DNA of 64,000 nucleotides from Candidatus Latescibacterota bacterium (GTDB lineage Bacteria; Latescibacterota; UBA2968; GCA-2709665): NCBI GenBank assembly GCA_965248435.1, contig OZ252100.1, positions 5,568,001 to 5,632,000 of the forward strand, read 5' to 3'. Shown piece by piece: positions 19,595 to 29,569 of this stretch (position 1 is its first letter; each line of letters starts with the position of its first letter). The notes under the pieces were generated by a model. It saw only the letters and a program-made list of their open reading frames with translations, ran no database searches and was not told where the DNA came from. The position numbers and the translations under genes were made by a program.

Positions 19595-20893
19595 ATGGAC
19601 GTTCTTCTGATCGAGCCAGCAATCTACGGCCCAGCGAGCTATGAGCAGCGGGCGGATGAACGCCGAGTCGAAGAGGATGCAGACTCGATCTCCACGCTTA
19701 GGTTGACCCTGCCCTTGCTGGCGGCACTCATGCCGTCCGACGTGGAGGTCACGCTCGCGTACGACATCTGCGAGAACATCCAACAGGACTACGACTTGGC
19801 GTCCTTCGACTTGGTGGGCATCACCTGCACCCGGCACAGCGGACAGATGGCTCGTGCGGTGCTGTTGGCGGAAACGCTGAGCAAACTGGGGGTCAGAAGT
19901 GTTGTGGGCGGTCCGGTGACGGTCGAAAACAACCACCACTATGTGTCTGTCCTGTCGCGTTCCTTCGACGCGGTGGTCATTGGCGATGCCGAACCCCAGT
20001 TACCGTCCTTGCTGGAGGACGCTCGCCAGGACACCTTGAAGAAGCTCTACCACGAGGAGGACTTTCCACGCTTCGAGGGAATTCCTGTTCCCCGTTTTGA
20101 CCTCGTGAACCTGGACCTGTTCACCGAACCCCACGTGTTTCCCGCCCAGACCGCGCGGGGGTGCCCGCGCAAGTGTACCTTTTGCAGCGAATTCATGTAT
20201 GGATCGTGGCGGCTGCGACCGGTGGACGAAGTCATCGAGGAACTCCAGGTCTACAAATCTCGATACGGAGTCGAGTTTATCGTTTTCCGGGACGATGATT
20301 TCCTCGTCTATCCAAAGCACTCCCGAGAGCTGCTCACGAAAATGCTCCCCTTGGGTCTGGAGTGGACCTGCCAGACGGATCTGCATCTGACACGGCATCC
20401 TGACATCGCGGAATTGGCCGTCGACGCGGGCATGCGGGCGGTTTGTTTCGGTTTGGAGAGCATTCGGGAATCCAACCGCAAGGACATCGGCAAGGGCTTC
20501 TTCACCCTCGCTGGGGTGAAAGAGCTTCTCCACATGCTCAACGGACGTGGCGTGGAGACCCAGATCAACATCATTTTCGGCCTGGACCACGACACCCCGG
20601 ACATCTTTGACGATACAGTTGACTTTCTCCTGGAACACCGGATCAGCACCTTCTACGGCAACATCCTTTCTCCGGAGCCGGGTACCACCCTGTACGAGCG
20701 GCTCCAGGTCGAGGGACGCATGCTCGACCTCCCGCCGCTGGAAGTTGAAGAGCCCGCCAACCTGAATTATGTGCCCAAAGGCCTCAGCCCCGAAGAGCTC
20801 GTAAACGGCACCAGGTCCGCACGCGATCGCTTTCACGCGGAGCGGAGCCCGGACCAGAACTTCTGGCTTGGGATCGAAAAAACCCTCTACTGA
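19595..20893 (+). CDS. B12-binding-domain radical SAM protein
   Basis: GGGAG SD; VVGGP, ARGCPRKCTFC (CxxxCxxC), FRDDDF, FGLES, IFGLD.DT, P.PGTTLY. Confidence 0.9.
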   Translation: MDVLLIEPAIYGPASYEQRADERRVEEDADSISTLRLTLPLLAALMPSDVEVTLAYDICENIQQDYDLASFDLVGITCTRHSGQMARAVLLAETLSKLGVRSVVGGPVTVENNHHYVSVLSRSFDAVVIGDAEPQLPSLLEDARQDTLKKLYHEEDFPRFEGIPVPRFDLVNLDLFTEPHVFPAQTARGCPRKCTFCSEFMYGSWRLRPVDEVIEELQVYKSRYGVEFIVFRDDDFLVYPKHSRELLTKMLPLGLEWTCQTDLHLTRHPDIAELAVDAGMRAVCFGLESIRESNRKDIGKGFFTLAGVKELLHMLNGRGVETQINIIFGLDHDTPDIFDDTVDFLLEHRISTFYGNILSPEPGTTLYERLQVEGRMLDLPPLEVEEPANLNYVPKGLSPEELVNGTRSARDRFHAERSPDQNFWLGIEKTLY

Positions 20894-21292
20894 CCGTGGA
20901 GCCTCCCGGCCCAGAGCGCATTCGCGGTTGCCGGTTTGCCCCTGCCTGTCCAGCTCCCGGTGCCGACGCCATTTCCAGTGGCATGAGCGCCTTCTCTAAC
21001 GCGCCGTGCACCCGAGAGCGGACACCATTTGTGTCGATTTTGCCACCTCCTGCAAAGGGCAGAACCGTCAGTGCTGGACTCACCCCAGGAGCCGTCGTGG
21101 AGTGCAAGGCCGGCGCTCGGTTGCGGAAAGAATCGATCATTGGCCTTGTAGAGCCCTCCCCAGTTGAGCGGTCGGTGGTCGGACCGTTTGTTCAGGTCGA
21201 CATGCCAAAGTCCAACGAGCTGGACGTCCCTACGGTCGGGGTCCTCGCCGAAATCGGTCTGGATGTTCGCGCGCGTCGCTGCGCTCATTCAG

Positions 21293-22117
21293 TTAATGCG
21301 GTTTACGTTCGAGATATTCATGTATTCTCTCATATGCAACAGGACTTAGTCTGTTGGCGTTGACCAATCCTTTAAGAGCTCCATTGTTGAGAAGTTTCTC
21401 AATCGCTTCGCCAGTTTTCAATTTTCCGTAATTCCATCTTCTAAGTGCCGGTCCATACTTCTTGGCGAGATGGTCAGCGAGGTTTCTCAGCAAGAGAGAA
21501 CTATCTTTGCACTTGGCTTCGATTTCCACTTCGTAAAGGCAGATTTCTCGCTGCTCAAAATGGTAGACTACAGAATCGATCGCCAATTCGGCGCGTGTCA
21601 GCCACCATTTATCCCCAGTAATAACAACGCTTCGAACCCTTCTAAAATTCTCACGATGCTGGACAACTTTGAATCCCAAGCAGGTCAAAACCTCCAAAGG
21701 ATTGCCGTAACCATAGCTCTGGTAAGGTAATTGAATGTCAATATTTCTGTTGGCTAGTTCACTAATGAGGCCTTTCAATGTCGCTTTAGACCAGATTTCT
21801 TCCACTTCAAAGCGTTCCCCAATTCCCCAATTGTTCACACGACGAGGGCCCTTTAGAGTTATACGATATCTTTCCCCAGTTTTCCTAAGTCGAAGATTCA
21901 GTTCTTGTGTTTGTAGCGCTCGTGCTGATGTGTCGAGGTAGAAATCATGTATCCGGATGATTTCCTTTGGGAGAAGCTGATAGTCTCCAATCCTGGTTAG
22001 GCTTGCGAGTTCACGGATAATCCGTTCGGGATTGTCTGCCCAGACAATCAGTGTCACTTCTATCTCTTGTATTTTCCTTTTCACGAGTACAATCTCATGT
22101 AGGCTTCTGCCTTGCAT
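21293..22117 (-). CDS. CYTH domain protein
   Basis: EIEV, D.YLDT, LRLRK...ITLKG, R.EVE, LAID.V, EVEIEAK. Confidence 0.85.
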   Translation of the reverse strand: MQGRSLHEIVLVKRKIQEIEVTLIVWADNPERIIRELASLTRIGDYQLLPKEIIRIHDFYLDTSARALQTQELNLRLRKTGERYRITLKGPRRVNNWGIGERFEVEEIWSKATLKGLISELANRNIDIQLPYQSYGYGNPLEVLTCLGFKVVQHRENFRRVRSVVITGDKWWLTRAELAIDSVVYHFEQREICLYEVEIEAKCKDSSLLLRNLADHLAKKYGPALRRWNYGKLKTGEAIEKLLNNGALKGLVNANRLSPVAYERIHEYLERKPH

Positions 22118-22487
22118 TCGAATTGGTTTTATTCGTCGGCATCAACCGCTCTGGAGGAAACATCTTCAGGCTGAATGGAGTGCGTAACCGTTATCTTCCG
22201 AAGGGCCGTTCGCCGATCCTCCAGGTCGGTGTTCAAAAAGCAGAACCAGGAATAGAAACATGCATTGAAAGCGGTTTGTTTCAGCCTCAAGGATCGCCTC
22301 AATCCTCTGGAGTAAATTCCGGAATACATGCATGCGAAAGTGGTTGATGGGAGGATATGATACTTCGAGTGCGAGCGAAGAAGAAAGACAGGAAGAGCGA
22401 AGGATGGTTGAAGGAATGAGTCAAACAGAGGATGCTCGTGGAGTGAGTGAGATTCTGATGATGAGATGCCGGAATCTTGAGAAGGGC

Positions 22488-22572
22488 GAAGAAATCAATT
22501 TGGCCCTGTTCCGATCCCCTACACCTGAAAGAGCTGGAGACAGAAGTTCAGTCCAATTCGCTATCTGGACCC
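22488..22572 (+). repeat. Degenerate copy of the serine recombinase 3' end, ending at GACCC (left island junction)
   Basis: GAAGAAATCAAT..TTCCGATCCC..AGCTGGAGACAGAAGTTCAG..GACCC versus 61329-61414 GAAGAAATAAAG..TTCCCATCCC..AGCTGGGGACGGAAATTCAG..GACCC. Confidence 0.6.
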
Positions 22573-22720
22573 TGATAGCGAATCTGATGAATTTTCTTTA
22601 GCCTGGATTTCTCGCCCCATTTACCAGACTCGGAAAAGTGGAGCAGCAATCATCAAAATTGGTAAGCCGACGGATTCACAGATTCAGCTCCCTATTATCA
22701 AGAATCCCATCAAACGAGCA

Positions 22721-22981
22721 ATGGCGTATCAGGAGCTATTGGACAAAGGTGTTGTGAATTCCCACACAGAATTAGCTGAACATCTGGGATTGGTTAGGTC
22801 AAGAGTATCAACTGTGCTTAATTTGTTGAATTTGGATCAAGAAATCAAGGATTACCTGCTTGAGTTGGATGAATCTGACCCAAAAATAGGGGTGTTGAAT
22901 GAAAGGAAGTTGAGACCATTAGCCCTCTTGGGAAAGGTGGAAGAACAGAAAGAGATATTCTGGAGGATTGTTAAGAGATAG
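22721..22981 (+). CDS. ParB/KorB-like HTH protein; probable detached C-terminal part of the recombinase
   Basis: SHTELAEHLGLVRSRVSTVLNLLNLDQEI; frame is open upstream to 22529. Confidence 0.7.
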   Translation: MAYQELLDKGVVNSHTELAEHLGLVRSRVSTVLNLLNLDQEIKDYLLELDESDPKIGVLNERKLRPLALLGKVEEQKEIFWRIVKR

Positions 22982-22988
22982 AGTAGAG

Positions 22989-24053
22989 CTATGTATTTGA
23001 GATTTGATTTTGTTTGCAAGAAGCCCGTAATTCCTCTATGCAAATCCTAACTGTGCTAACTGCAATATTTGCCTGTTCATCAGTTATCGCTTGTTGATCT
23101 CGCAACTGTTTTGCTGGGTGGACCAAATTCCGCCACTCCCGAAGGACGTGACTAAGGGAAACAGTATTCTCTTCCAAGTAGCCCAATTTCCTGGCAACTT
23201 CAACTAAGTTATAAAGACTCCATTCTATGTTCTTTTTGTTGCCCCTCTTTAATTCCTGATAGCCCTCCCCTGCTTGTTCCTCAACCCTTTGCAGAACATC
23301 CAAAAGCATCCCTTCTAGGACGCCTCCACACAAGATAACGCAACTTTTCCTTCCTTTCACCTTGTGCACTTCCTGAACTTCCGCCCAATCCATCGCCAGA
23401 AGTTCCTTCAAAGAATCATTAGAAATGAAATCGAACTCGCTGACTATACGCTTGGCTTCGTTAAGTTTGTAGAAATATTTGTCTTTCTCTAGAACCGGAT
23501 AGCTTGGATCATAATATTGGGTGGCCTCTTCCCGAATATATTTTCGGACAGCATCCTCATCTAAATAGTCCGCTATTTCTTCAGGCAATCTTGCGCACCA
23601 CGCGACTTTATTACATCCTCCATCCCAGCGGCTGAGATCAATGGCAAGGCACAAGAGATAGGACTGATCTGGAGACAACCTAAGGTCTTTTTCTATCTCT
23701 TTCCCCTCCAAGGTTTCGATTTGAGGATTTTTGTGGAGACGTTCTCTAGCGTAGCTTAGATAGTCAACCAAAAGAGACTCTGCCTCTTCACCCTGCTCAG
23801 TAAGCAAAGCTCCTAGAAATGAGAGTTGGTATCGTCTGTGATTGGAGCGGACTGCATCATAAAGTATGTGACCACTCATCGTCTTTATTATGGAAAGCGT
23901 TCTCTTGAGTGAGCGAAAAAGGAGGTCAAGTTCTCTGCACCGAATCCATTCTTCCTCTTCTGAATAATTTTCGTAATAGCGTCTCCATACAGCATCAATT
24001 ATTTGCTGTTGATTATTGGTAAGGGAGCGTCTGATGTCGTCTAAATTAGGCAT
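22989..24053 (-). CDS. Hypothetical protein with C-terminal HEPN-like domain
   Basis: SCVILCGGVLEGML and LREWRNLVHP (Rx4H). Confidence 0.65.
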   Translation of the reverse strand: MPNLDDIRRSLTNNQQQIIDAVWRRYYENYSEEEEWIRCRELDLLFRSLKRTLSIIKTMSGHILYDAVRSNHRRYQLSFLGALLTEQGEEAESLLVDYLSYARERLHKNPQIETLEGKEIEKDLRLSPDQSYLLCLAIDLSRWDGGCNKVAWCARLPEEIADYLDEDAVRKYIREEATQYYDPSYPVLEKDKYFYKLNEAKRIVSEFDFISNDSLKELLAMDWAEVQEVHKVKGRKSCVILCGGVLEGMLLDVLQRVEEQAGEGYQELKRGNKKNIEWSLYNLVEVARKLGYLEENTVSLSHVLREWRNLVHPAKQLRDQQAITDEQANIAVSTVRICIEELRASCKQNQISNT

Positions 24054-24065
24054 TTTGCAAGTAGC

Positions 24066-24620
24066 CTAGGTGAAATCTAAGAGAAGATTAGCTTGCTTAG
24101 ATTTGAACTCTCCAGCATTGGAATGGATATTAACTTCAACCTCACAAGTTCCGGGTGAAATGTCAACTGTGTTGAGCTCAATTCTAAGATCGTTCTTCTC
24201 CCTAGCTAGAAAGGACAAGTCAGTATGTCTGATAAGGTAGTAGCTCCTATCTGGCACTCTATAGTGAATTGTCTTTCCAGGGAATACACCAAGAGCCCTA
24301 TCTGATCCTGAAAGGGCAAGAGGATTCAGGAATCGCATCTCAATGATAATACCAGTTAATGTTACCTTCTTGAGATTCTCAAACCTTAGAAAAATGGGCT
24401 TTTGGTTATGGCCACTAGAAATGGGAATTCTATCAACAATTTGATTATTGTAAAGGAATCCGAATCTAATTGGAACTTGGGTCTTAAACCAATCAGTTAT
24501 CTGGGCCAGGAACGATAGTATCACCACAATGAGGGTCAAAGCTGTAATGATTACAATATCCATAGCCACCTCAATCTCCTTTAACAATAGAAGTTCCGTT
24601 GGCTCCTTGCGTATAGCCAA
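24066..24620 (-). CDS. Hypothetical protein, N-terminal TM plus beta-sandwich
   Basis: 184-aa ORF with a hydrophobic helix; true start may be ATG 24563. Confidence 0.6.
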   Translation of the reverse strand: MAIRKEPTELLLLKEIEVAMDIVIITALTLIVVILSFLAQITDWFKTQVPIRFGFLYNNQIVDRIPISSGHNQKPIFLRFENLKKVTLTGIIIEMRFLNPLALSGSDRALGVFPGKTIHYRVPDRSYYLIRHTDLSFLAREKNDLRIELNTVDISPGTCEVEVNIHSNAGEFKSKQANLLLDFT

Positions 24621-24990
24621 TATTGGCCTCTAAATAATGATTCGCAAGTGTAAGTCAGAAAGCAAGGTCTTTCTAAGAGATGGAATCTCAACTTGTGAAA
24701 CCCCCTTCCAATGGATTGAAGACCCCTTTCAATTCTAAATCCTATATTCCAAAAAAATGCCTATATATTATAGGCACTATTTTCAGGCGCCTGTTTTGCT
24801 CCTTCCTTGGAGAGGGGTGTCCGATGAATCCAGAGGAAATCTTGAGAGAACAGCTATTGTCAGATATGGAAAAACTGCACAGTCTTATTCTTAGGTATGC
24901 TGCTGGTAAAAGGAAAGTGAAACAGGAGAGAATTATTCTTGAAGAGGGGGTTGAGGTTAAGATGGCATTACTTTTGGGAATGAGAGAGAA

Positions 24991-25893
24991 ATGTTGAGCA
25001 ATATTATTTTCAGAATCTTGCTTTTGGTTCTGGTTTCCACTTCATCAGTTCCCGCACAACTTCCTACCCATACGGAAACTGTCAAAGTCACAGTCCAGGA
25101 TACTGTAACAATTCAGAAAACTGTATATGATACGATCCAGGTTGTAAAAGCAACTGAGCTGGAGCGGCTAATAGAAGCAACTAGAGAGGTGAATTGGATT
25201 GCAGTATTTATTCCTGCTGTTGTAACTATCGTAGGTGTTTTGCTTACCCTTAGGTTTGCTCAGCGGAGGATGAAAAAGGACCAAGAAGCCAACTTAGAAG
25301 CACAGAGAGAATTAATCGGGGCACAAGTGAGGGTAGATACATATAAAAGAATCTTAGATTGCATTTCCACATATGTAGGAGCAACAGCAGAGTTACAGCG
25401 AATAACAATGAATGTCAATGATCAATTGGGTGCCTGCTTCAGGCTTGGAATAGGCACTCCTACATATACAGCTACGGAACTCGTGGATTATTATCGGAAG
25501 GTTGATATTAATCCAGTTACTGATTTAATGATGAGCTTTTTCTTCATAATTGGCACTGAAGCTACTAATGCCATAATGGATGCCGATGATGGGTTGAAGG
25601 CCTCGTTCAAGGAGTTCTACAGCGATGTTGTGTTTTTCTTACCAGACATCAATGACAAAAAGCAGAAAGTCCAAAGCGAATCACTACAGAAACTAATCAA
25701 GCAGGATGATAAGATGGATCAAGCAAATAGAAATCATATGGAGGAAATTAAGAGGCTTTTTGATAAATACATTCACCAATGTGAGCTGAATCATCAGAGT
25801 GTTAATGAGCTGAGAAAGACAGCTTATGAATCTTTACTAGAAGATTTATTTAAAGAGATTCTACAAAGCGCTGAAGGGAGTAATACTAACTAG
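24991..25893 (+). CDS. Hypothetical membrane protein
   Basis: Signal peptide, one TM (WIAVFIPAVVTIVGVLLTL), helical C-terminus. Confidence 0.7.
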   Translation: MLSNIIFRILLLVLVSTSSVPAQLPTHTETVKVTVQDTVTIQKTVYDTIQVVKATELERLIEATREVNWIAVFIPAVVTIVGVLLTLRFAQRRMKKDQEANLEAQRELIGAQVRVDTYKRILDCISTYVGATAELQRITMNVNDQLGACFRLGIGTPTYTATELVDYYRKVDINPVTDLMMSFFFIIGTEATNAIMDADDGLKASFKEFYSDVVFFLPDINDKKQKVQSESLQKLIKQDDKMDQANRNHMEEIKRLFDKYIHQCELNHQSVNELRKTAYESLLEDLFKEILQSAEGSNTN

Positions 25894-25900
25894 AGCAGAA

Positions 25901-26263
25901 CTACGAATTACTCCGAGCATCTTCAAGCTGCAAAATCATCTGCCTCGTCATTTGAGCAGCGAACTTAATATCCTCTAGAGGTTTTGTGGAAAGAAAAATG
26001 GAAAATTCTCCAATCTCCTTCTTTATAGGATCTTGTTTTCCTTGTCGGAGCTGAAACAATTCACTCAAGCTGATTCTGAAGGCTTCAGAGATTCCAACCA
26101 TTGTCTTTAGAGTCGCATTCCCCTCCCCTCTCTCCAGCCTTCCACAAGCATCCAGACTAACATCCGCACCCTCTGCAAGCTCCTCTTGAGATAACCCTGC
26201 CTGCTTTCGCAAATCCCATATCCTTTTGCCCAGAAGTCTTGCTGTTTCCTCGAACTGTTTCAT
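25901..26263 (-). CDS. XRE-family HTH transcriptional regulator
   Basis: LGKRIWDLRKQAGLSQEELAE...LERGEGNATL. Confidence 0.9.
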   Translation of the reverse strand: MKQFEETARLLGKRIWDLRKQAGLSQEELAEGADVSLDACGRLERGEGNATLKTMVGISEAFRISLSELFQLRQGKQDPIKKEIGEFSIFLSTKPLEDIKFAAQMTRQMILQLEDARSNS

Positions 26264-26383
26264 AGCCCCCTCCTACCTTTTCAAAACCTCTACTGCAAGT
26301 AAGTCCTGAATTTTAAACACTAAGGTAAGATTTCCAAGCCGGGGGCGTAATGGCTTAAAAGCAGTATTTTCCTATCTATTAAT

Positions 26384-26399
26384 ATTGCTCATAAGCAAT
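26384..26399. promoter_or_regulatory. Palindromic candidate operator between XRE and the divergent envelope operon
   Basis: ATTGCT-CATA-AGCAAT; weaker GCT-AAA-AGCA copies near 26350 and 26420. Confidence 0.45.
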
Positions 26400-26453
26400 C
26401 TTTTCCTTATCTTAAATGTGGGCTAAAAGCAACACTCTAAGGAGGGTATTCAG

Positions 26454-27320
26454 ATGAGAAGCTTACTTGCAGTGATGGTCTTGGTGTTTGCAGGAGAGAT
26501 AGGAGCTCAGGAAATCCTGGACGAGATCCAGCTCAAAGACGGCAGCATCATCAGAGGGACGATTGTTGAGCAAATCCCTGGAGAGTATGTAAAAGTGAAG
26601 AATCGAACAGGAGACTTGCTGGTGTTCAGGATGGAGGATGTAAAGAGGATTGGTAAGGTGCAGTTAGCAGATCAGGACATTCAGGATCTATTCACAGATG
26701 AAGTAGAGGAAGTGGAGGTTGAGCGGAAGAAACCTAGAAGAGGTTCTGGGAAGGGGATTTTTGTAGGAGCAGGGTATGGAACTGGAAAACTCGCAAGCAA
26801 TAGTGGTATTCAAGCAATCTCAGGACCTGATGGAGAGACTTTCTCAGGTGTGAGGTTCGCAGCAGGATTTGAATCTGGCTCTGGTCTCGGTCTAAAGGTG
26901 GACTTTACTAGCTATGACTTAGAGAAAGCATTCGTAGATAATATCTACTTGAATTCTTGGAAATGGGAAGTAAGAGTTATTGAAGCGATGCTGAGCTATA
27001 GAGAAGACTTTACAGAAGGCAACCAAGGGATGAAACTGTTTGGAGGGATTTTCGGGGGAGTTGCACTTGGCTCTGTAAAGATGAATGGCACTGAGGTTGG
27101 ACAAGACTACTTTGATAGTGGGAGCGTTGATAATTCAGAAGTAGGGATAAGTTTTGGAGGAAACGTAGAGCTGAGGATGCCTAACAATTACATAGGCATT
27201 GTGATTGAGCCTAAATGGACTTCTCTCGAAACCGAACTAGAAGGAGAGTTTGGAAAATACAAAGTTGGAGCTCTGCAAGTCTCCGGCTATGTAAAGTTCA
27301 TCATTCCTTTAGGAGGGTAA
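26454..27320 (+). CDS. Outer-membrane beta-barrel protein
   Basis: Signal peptide, D.I.LKDGSIIRG.I N-terminal domain, alternating beta strands; AAGGAGG SD. Confidence 0.7.
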   Translation: MRSLLAVMVLVFAGEIGAQEILDEIQLKDGSIIRGTIVEQIPGEYVKVKNRTGDLLVFRMEDVKRIGKVQLADQDIQDLFTDEVEEVEVERKKPRRGSGKGIFVGAGYGTGKLASNSGIQAISGPDGETFSGVRFAAGFESGSGLGLKVDFTSYDLEKAFVDNIYLNSWKWEVRVIEAMLSYREDFTEGNQGMKLFGGIFGGVALGSVKMNGTEVGQDYFDSGSVDNSEVGISFGGNVELRMPNNYIGIVIEPKWTSLETELEGEFGKYKVGALQVSGYVKFIIPLGG

Positions 27321-27327
27321 AGAGTAG

Positions 27328-27795
27328 ATGAGGCAAATATCTCTCTTATTCTTGCTCTTAGTCTTGGGATGTGGAGAGAGTAAGCAGGATTTGGATGGTC
27401 TTTTATCCTCTCAAGAAAATCAACCTCCAGAGACAACTGCCGAGTTCACAAGACTAGTGTTCGATGGAGATGGTTTTTCTCTCCCTCCACAAGTTATCCA
27501 GATAGAGGTTAATCCGGTGCCTTGGATTCTGGTTGGCTATGATGGAAGTGATGAAGATGGGGTTGTTGTGGATTATGAGTTCTCTGTTCAAGGACCAAGA
27601 GTTGTTGATTGGATTTCTCTCAAATCGAATCCTCCAACAGCCTCGGACAGCACAGAAGCAGTTGTAAAATACCTTCAAAGAGGGATGGTGAGGAACCTGC
27701 CGAAAGGCAATTACATCCTCAAAGTCAGAGCTGTTGACGATGAAGGAGCAAAAGACCCCACTCCTGCTGAGGTGAGATTTACCATTCCCACTTGA
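27328..27795 (+). CDS. Putative lipoprotein (PKD/Y_Y_Y-like beta domain)
   Basis: Lipobox VLGC; D.DG.VV.Y and G.Y.LKVRAVDDEG..DPTPA. Confidence 0.7.
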   Translation: MRQISLLFLLLVLGCGESKQDLDGLLSSQENQPPETTAEFTRLVFDGDGFSLPPQVIQIEVNPVPWILVGYDGSDEDGVVVDYEFSVQGPRVVDWISLKSNPPTASDSTEAVVKYLQRGMVRNLPKGNYILKVRAVDDEGAKDPTPAEVRFTIPT

Positions 27796-27807
27796 GGATG
27801 AAAAGAG

Positions 27808-28191
27808 ATGAAGTCTGTTGTTTTCATACTAGCCTTGTTGGCTTTTTCCTGTGGCTTGAATCCAAATATGGAGGAGGCTCCTATATACCGAGCATTCTCA
27901 AAGGTTGAGCGCTATAGCATAAACGGAGGCTGGTTCGAGGTGAGCGTTCGGTTATCCAATGATGGTGATGATACATCTGAGCGAGCCAGCCTGAGCCTTA
28001 GAGTCACTGTCTCAGGAGAAACTATTGGAGAAGGAACATCCATCCTAGGACCACTTAACGCTGGTGAGAATGAGACCTACTTGGTGACTGTTGAAGGCAA
28101 TCAAGCCAGGATGTCAGAACTTGGCTTTGATAGGCTAAACATCGCAAATGTAGTGACGATAATTCTAAGCCCTCGCTTGAGTTTCGCTTAG
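27808..28191 (+). CDS. Putative lipoprotein, Ig-like (CARDB-like)
   Basis: Lipobox AFSC; V.V.LSN.G and L.AGE motifs. Confidence 0.65.
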   Translation: MKSVVFILALLAFSCGLNPNMEEAPIYRAFSKVERYSINGGWFEVSVRLSNDGDDTSERASLSLRVTVSGETIGEGTSILGPLNAGENETYLVTVEGNQARMSELGFDRLNIANVVTIILSPRLSFA

Positions 28192-28267
28192 ACATAGAAC
28201 ATCCCTCTAAAAGGCTCTGAGGCTCTTTCAGGGCCTTGTTATTCACCCCTTAACAATAGTGAAAATA

Positions 28268-28281
28268 GAAAGCTTTATAAA
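28268..28281 (+). promoter_or_regulatory. Archaeal-type BRE-TATA promoter candidate
   Basis: GAAAGC-TTTATAAA, 22 nt before ATG 28304. Confidence 0.55.
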
Positions 28282-28303
28282 TACTCAGATGTCTCCTTGG
28301 AGG

Positions 28304-29569
28304 ATGAAAAAGCCAAGTTTAGGCAGAAGAATAAAGAGGACCTTGAAGGAGACAGGTTACGGATTATTACTTAGTGGTCTATTAAGTATGCCTCCTCAAG
28401 CCAGTCCACATCCTAGTCCTTCAACAAGAAAAGCTTCTAAGGGTGTTGTAGATGGAGATTTTTACATTATATCTGAAGGAGAGCCAAATCCCGATTTCGA
28501 TGGAAATGGAAAAGTAGACTTCCTTGATTTTGTAGGATTTGCACAAGCTTTTGACTCTAGACCCACAGACCTTGATTGGGATGTTAGATATGATTTGAAT
28601 GAGGATAGTGAAGTTGGATTCTTTGACTTTCTAGAATTTACAAAGGCTTTCGGCAAAGACATTGAGATAAGAGAAAACGCTCCGCAGATAGCTGAGATTC
28701 CTCTACAAGAAATACCTCAAGTTGAATCTGTCGTAAATCCTGTAACTCTAGACCTCTCACAATATGTCTCAAATCAAGATAGTAATTTAGTCTATGAAAT
28801 AGTTGGCAGTAATGGTTTGGTTACGCAGCTAAAAGACTCAGTTCTAACATACAGACCTAGAGGACTCTTTAATAAAGAAGATAATGGTTTGGCTAAGGTT
28901 GCGTTTAGAGTTAGGAAAGGAGATCTAGAAAGCAATCTGGGAGAACTAGATGTTGAGATTGAGAGAAATGGTGATTTTATTTATGAATACAACACTCTCT
29001 TCCCGGACATACAAGAAGGTCTCAAATCTCCGATTAAAGTGGCTTACCTATGGGCTGGCCCTATAAGAACAGATCCTAGTGAATGGAATCCAAGTAAATG
29101 GGATGGTCCTTTGACTTCTGAAGAAGACCTTGCAAATGCAGAGAAAGGAATAAAACGACTCCATATCCTAACAAGCGGGTTTATTTCTAAAGACATTGAA
29201 GTTATTAGAGGCACAGATCATACTAGGATTTATGATGAATTTACAGATGATATTATATCTCCGCCTGAAGAGATGCACTGGTATGTGAATGAGAGTTTCC
29301 CAGGCAAAGGGGCGGCCTATAACAATAGGAGAGATGATAGAAATTACACCTCAGCAGGCTACTATACAAAGCCAGGAGTAGAGCTCTCAACCCATCTACA
29401 CGAGTGTTATCATATAGCAACCTCTGGAGCACATTCAGAAAACGATGAAGACTTGCTTTCAGCAGGAGCTACTCCAGGGATAACCGAATATTCACCAATG
29501 CATATTGCGTTGGTAACTGCAAACATAGATGAAAGACTCAAAGCAGGTCTAGCTAGGGCTGAACCTTAG
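28304..29569 (+). CDS. Secreted EF-hand/dockerin-like protein with Ig-like and zincin (HExxH) domains
   Basis: DFDGNGKVDFLDF and DLNEDSEVGFFDF repeats; HECYHIATSGAHS. Confidence 0.75.
   Translation: MKKPSLGRRIKRTLKETGYGLLLSGLLSMPPQASPHPSPSTRKASKGVVDGDFYIISEGEPNPDFDGNGKVDFLDFVGFAQAFDSRPTDLDWDVRYDLNEDSEVGFFDFLEFTKAFGKDIEIRENAPQIAEIPLQEIPQVESVVNPVTLDLSQYVSNQDSNLVYEIVGSNGLVTQLKDSVLTYRPRGLFNKEDNGLAKVAFRVRKGDLESNLGELDVEIERNGDFIYEYNTLFPDIQEGLKSPIKVAYLWAGPIRTDPSEWNPSKWDGPLTSEEDLANAEKGIKRLHILTSGFISKDIEVIRGTDHTRIYDEFTDDIISPPEEMHWYVNESFPGKGAAYNNRRDDRNYTSAGYYTKPGVELSTHLHECYHIATSGAHSENDEDLLSAGATPGITEYSPMHIALVTANIDERLKAGLARAEP

Noticed and set aside
19538-20836. Long minus-strand ORFs (133 and 278 aa)
   Set aside because: Antisense to the radical SAM gene; typical of GC-rich DNA
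20887-21363. Overlapping 118-155 aa ORFs after the radical SAM gene
   Set aside because: No recognisable motifs in any frame; probably a decayed gene fragment
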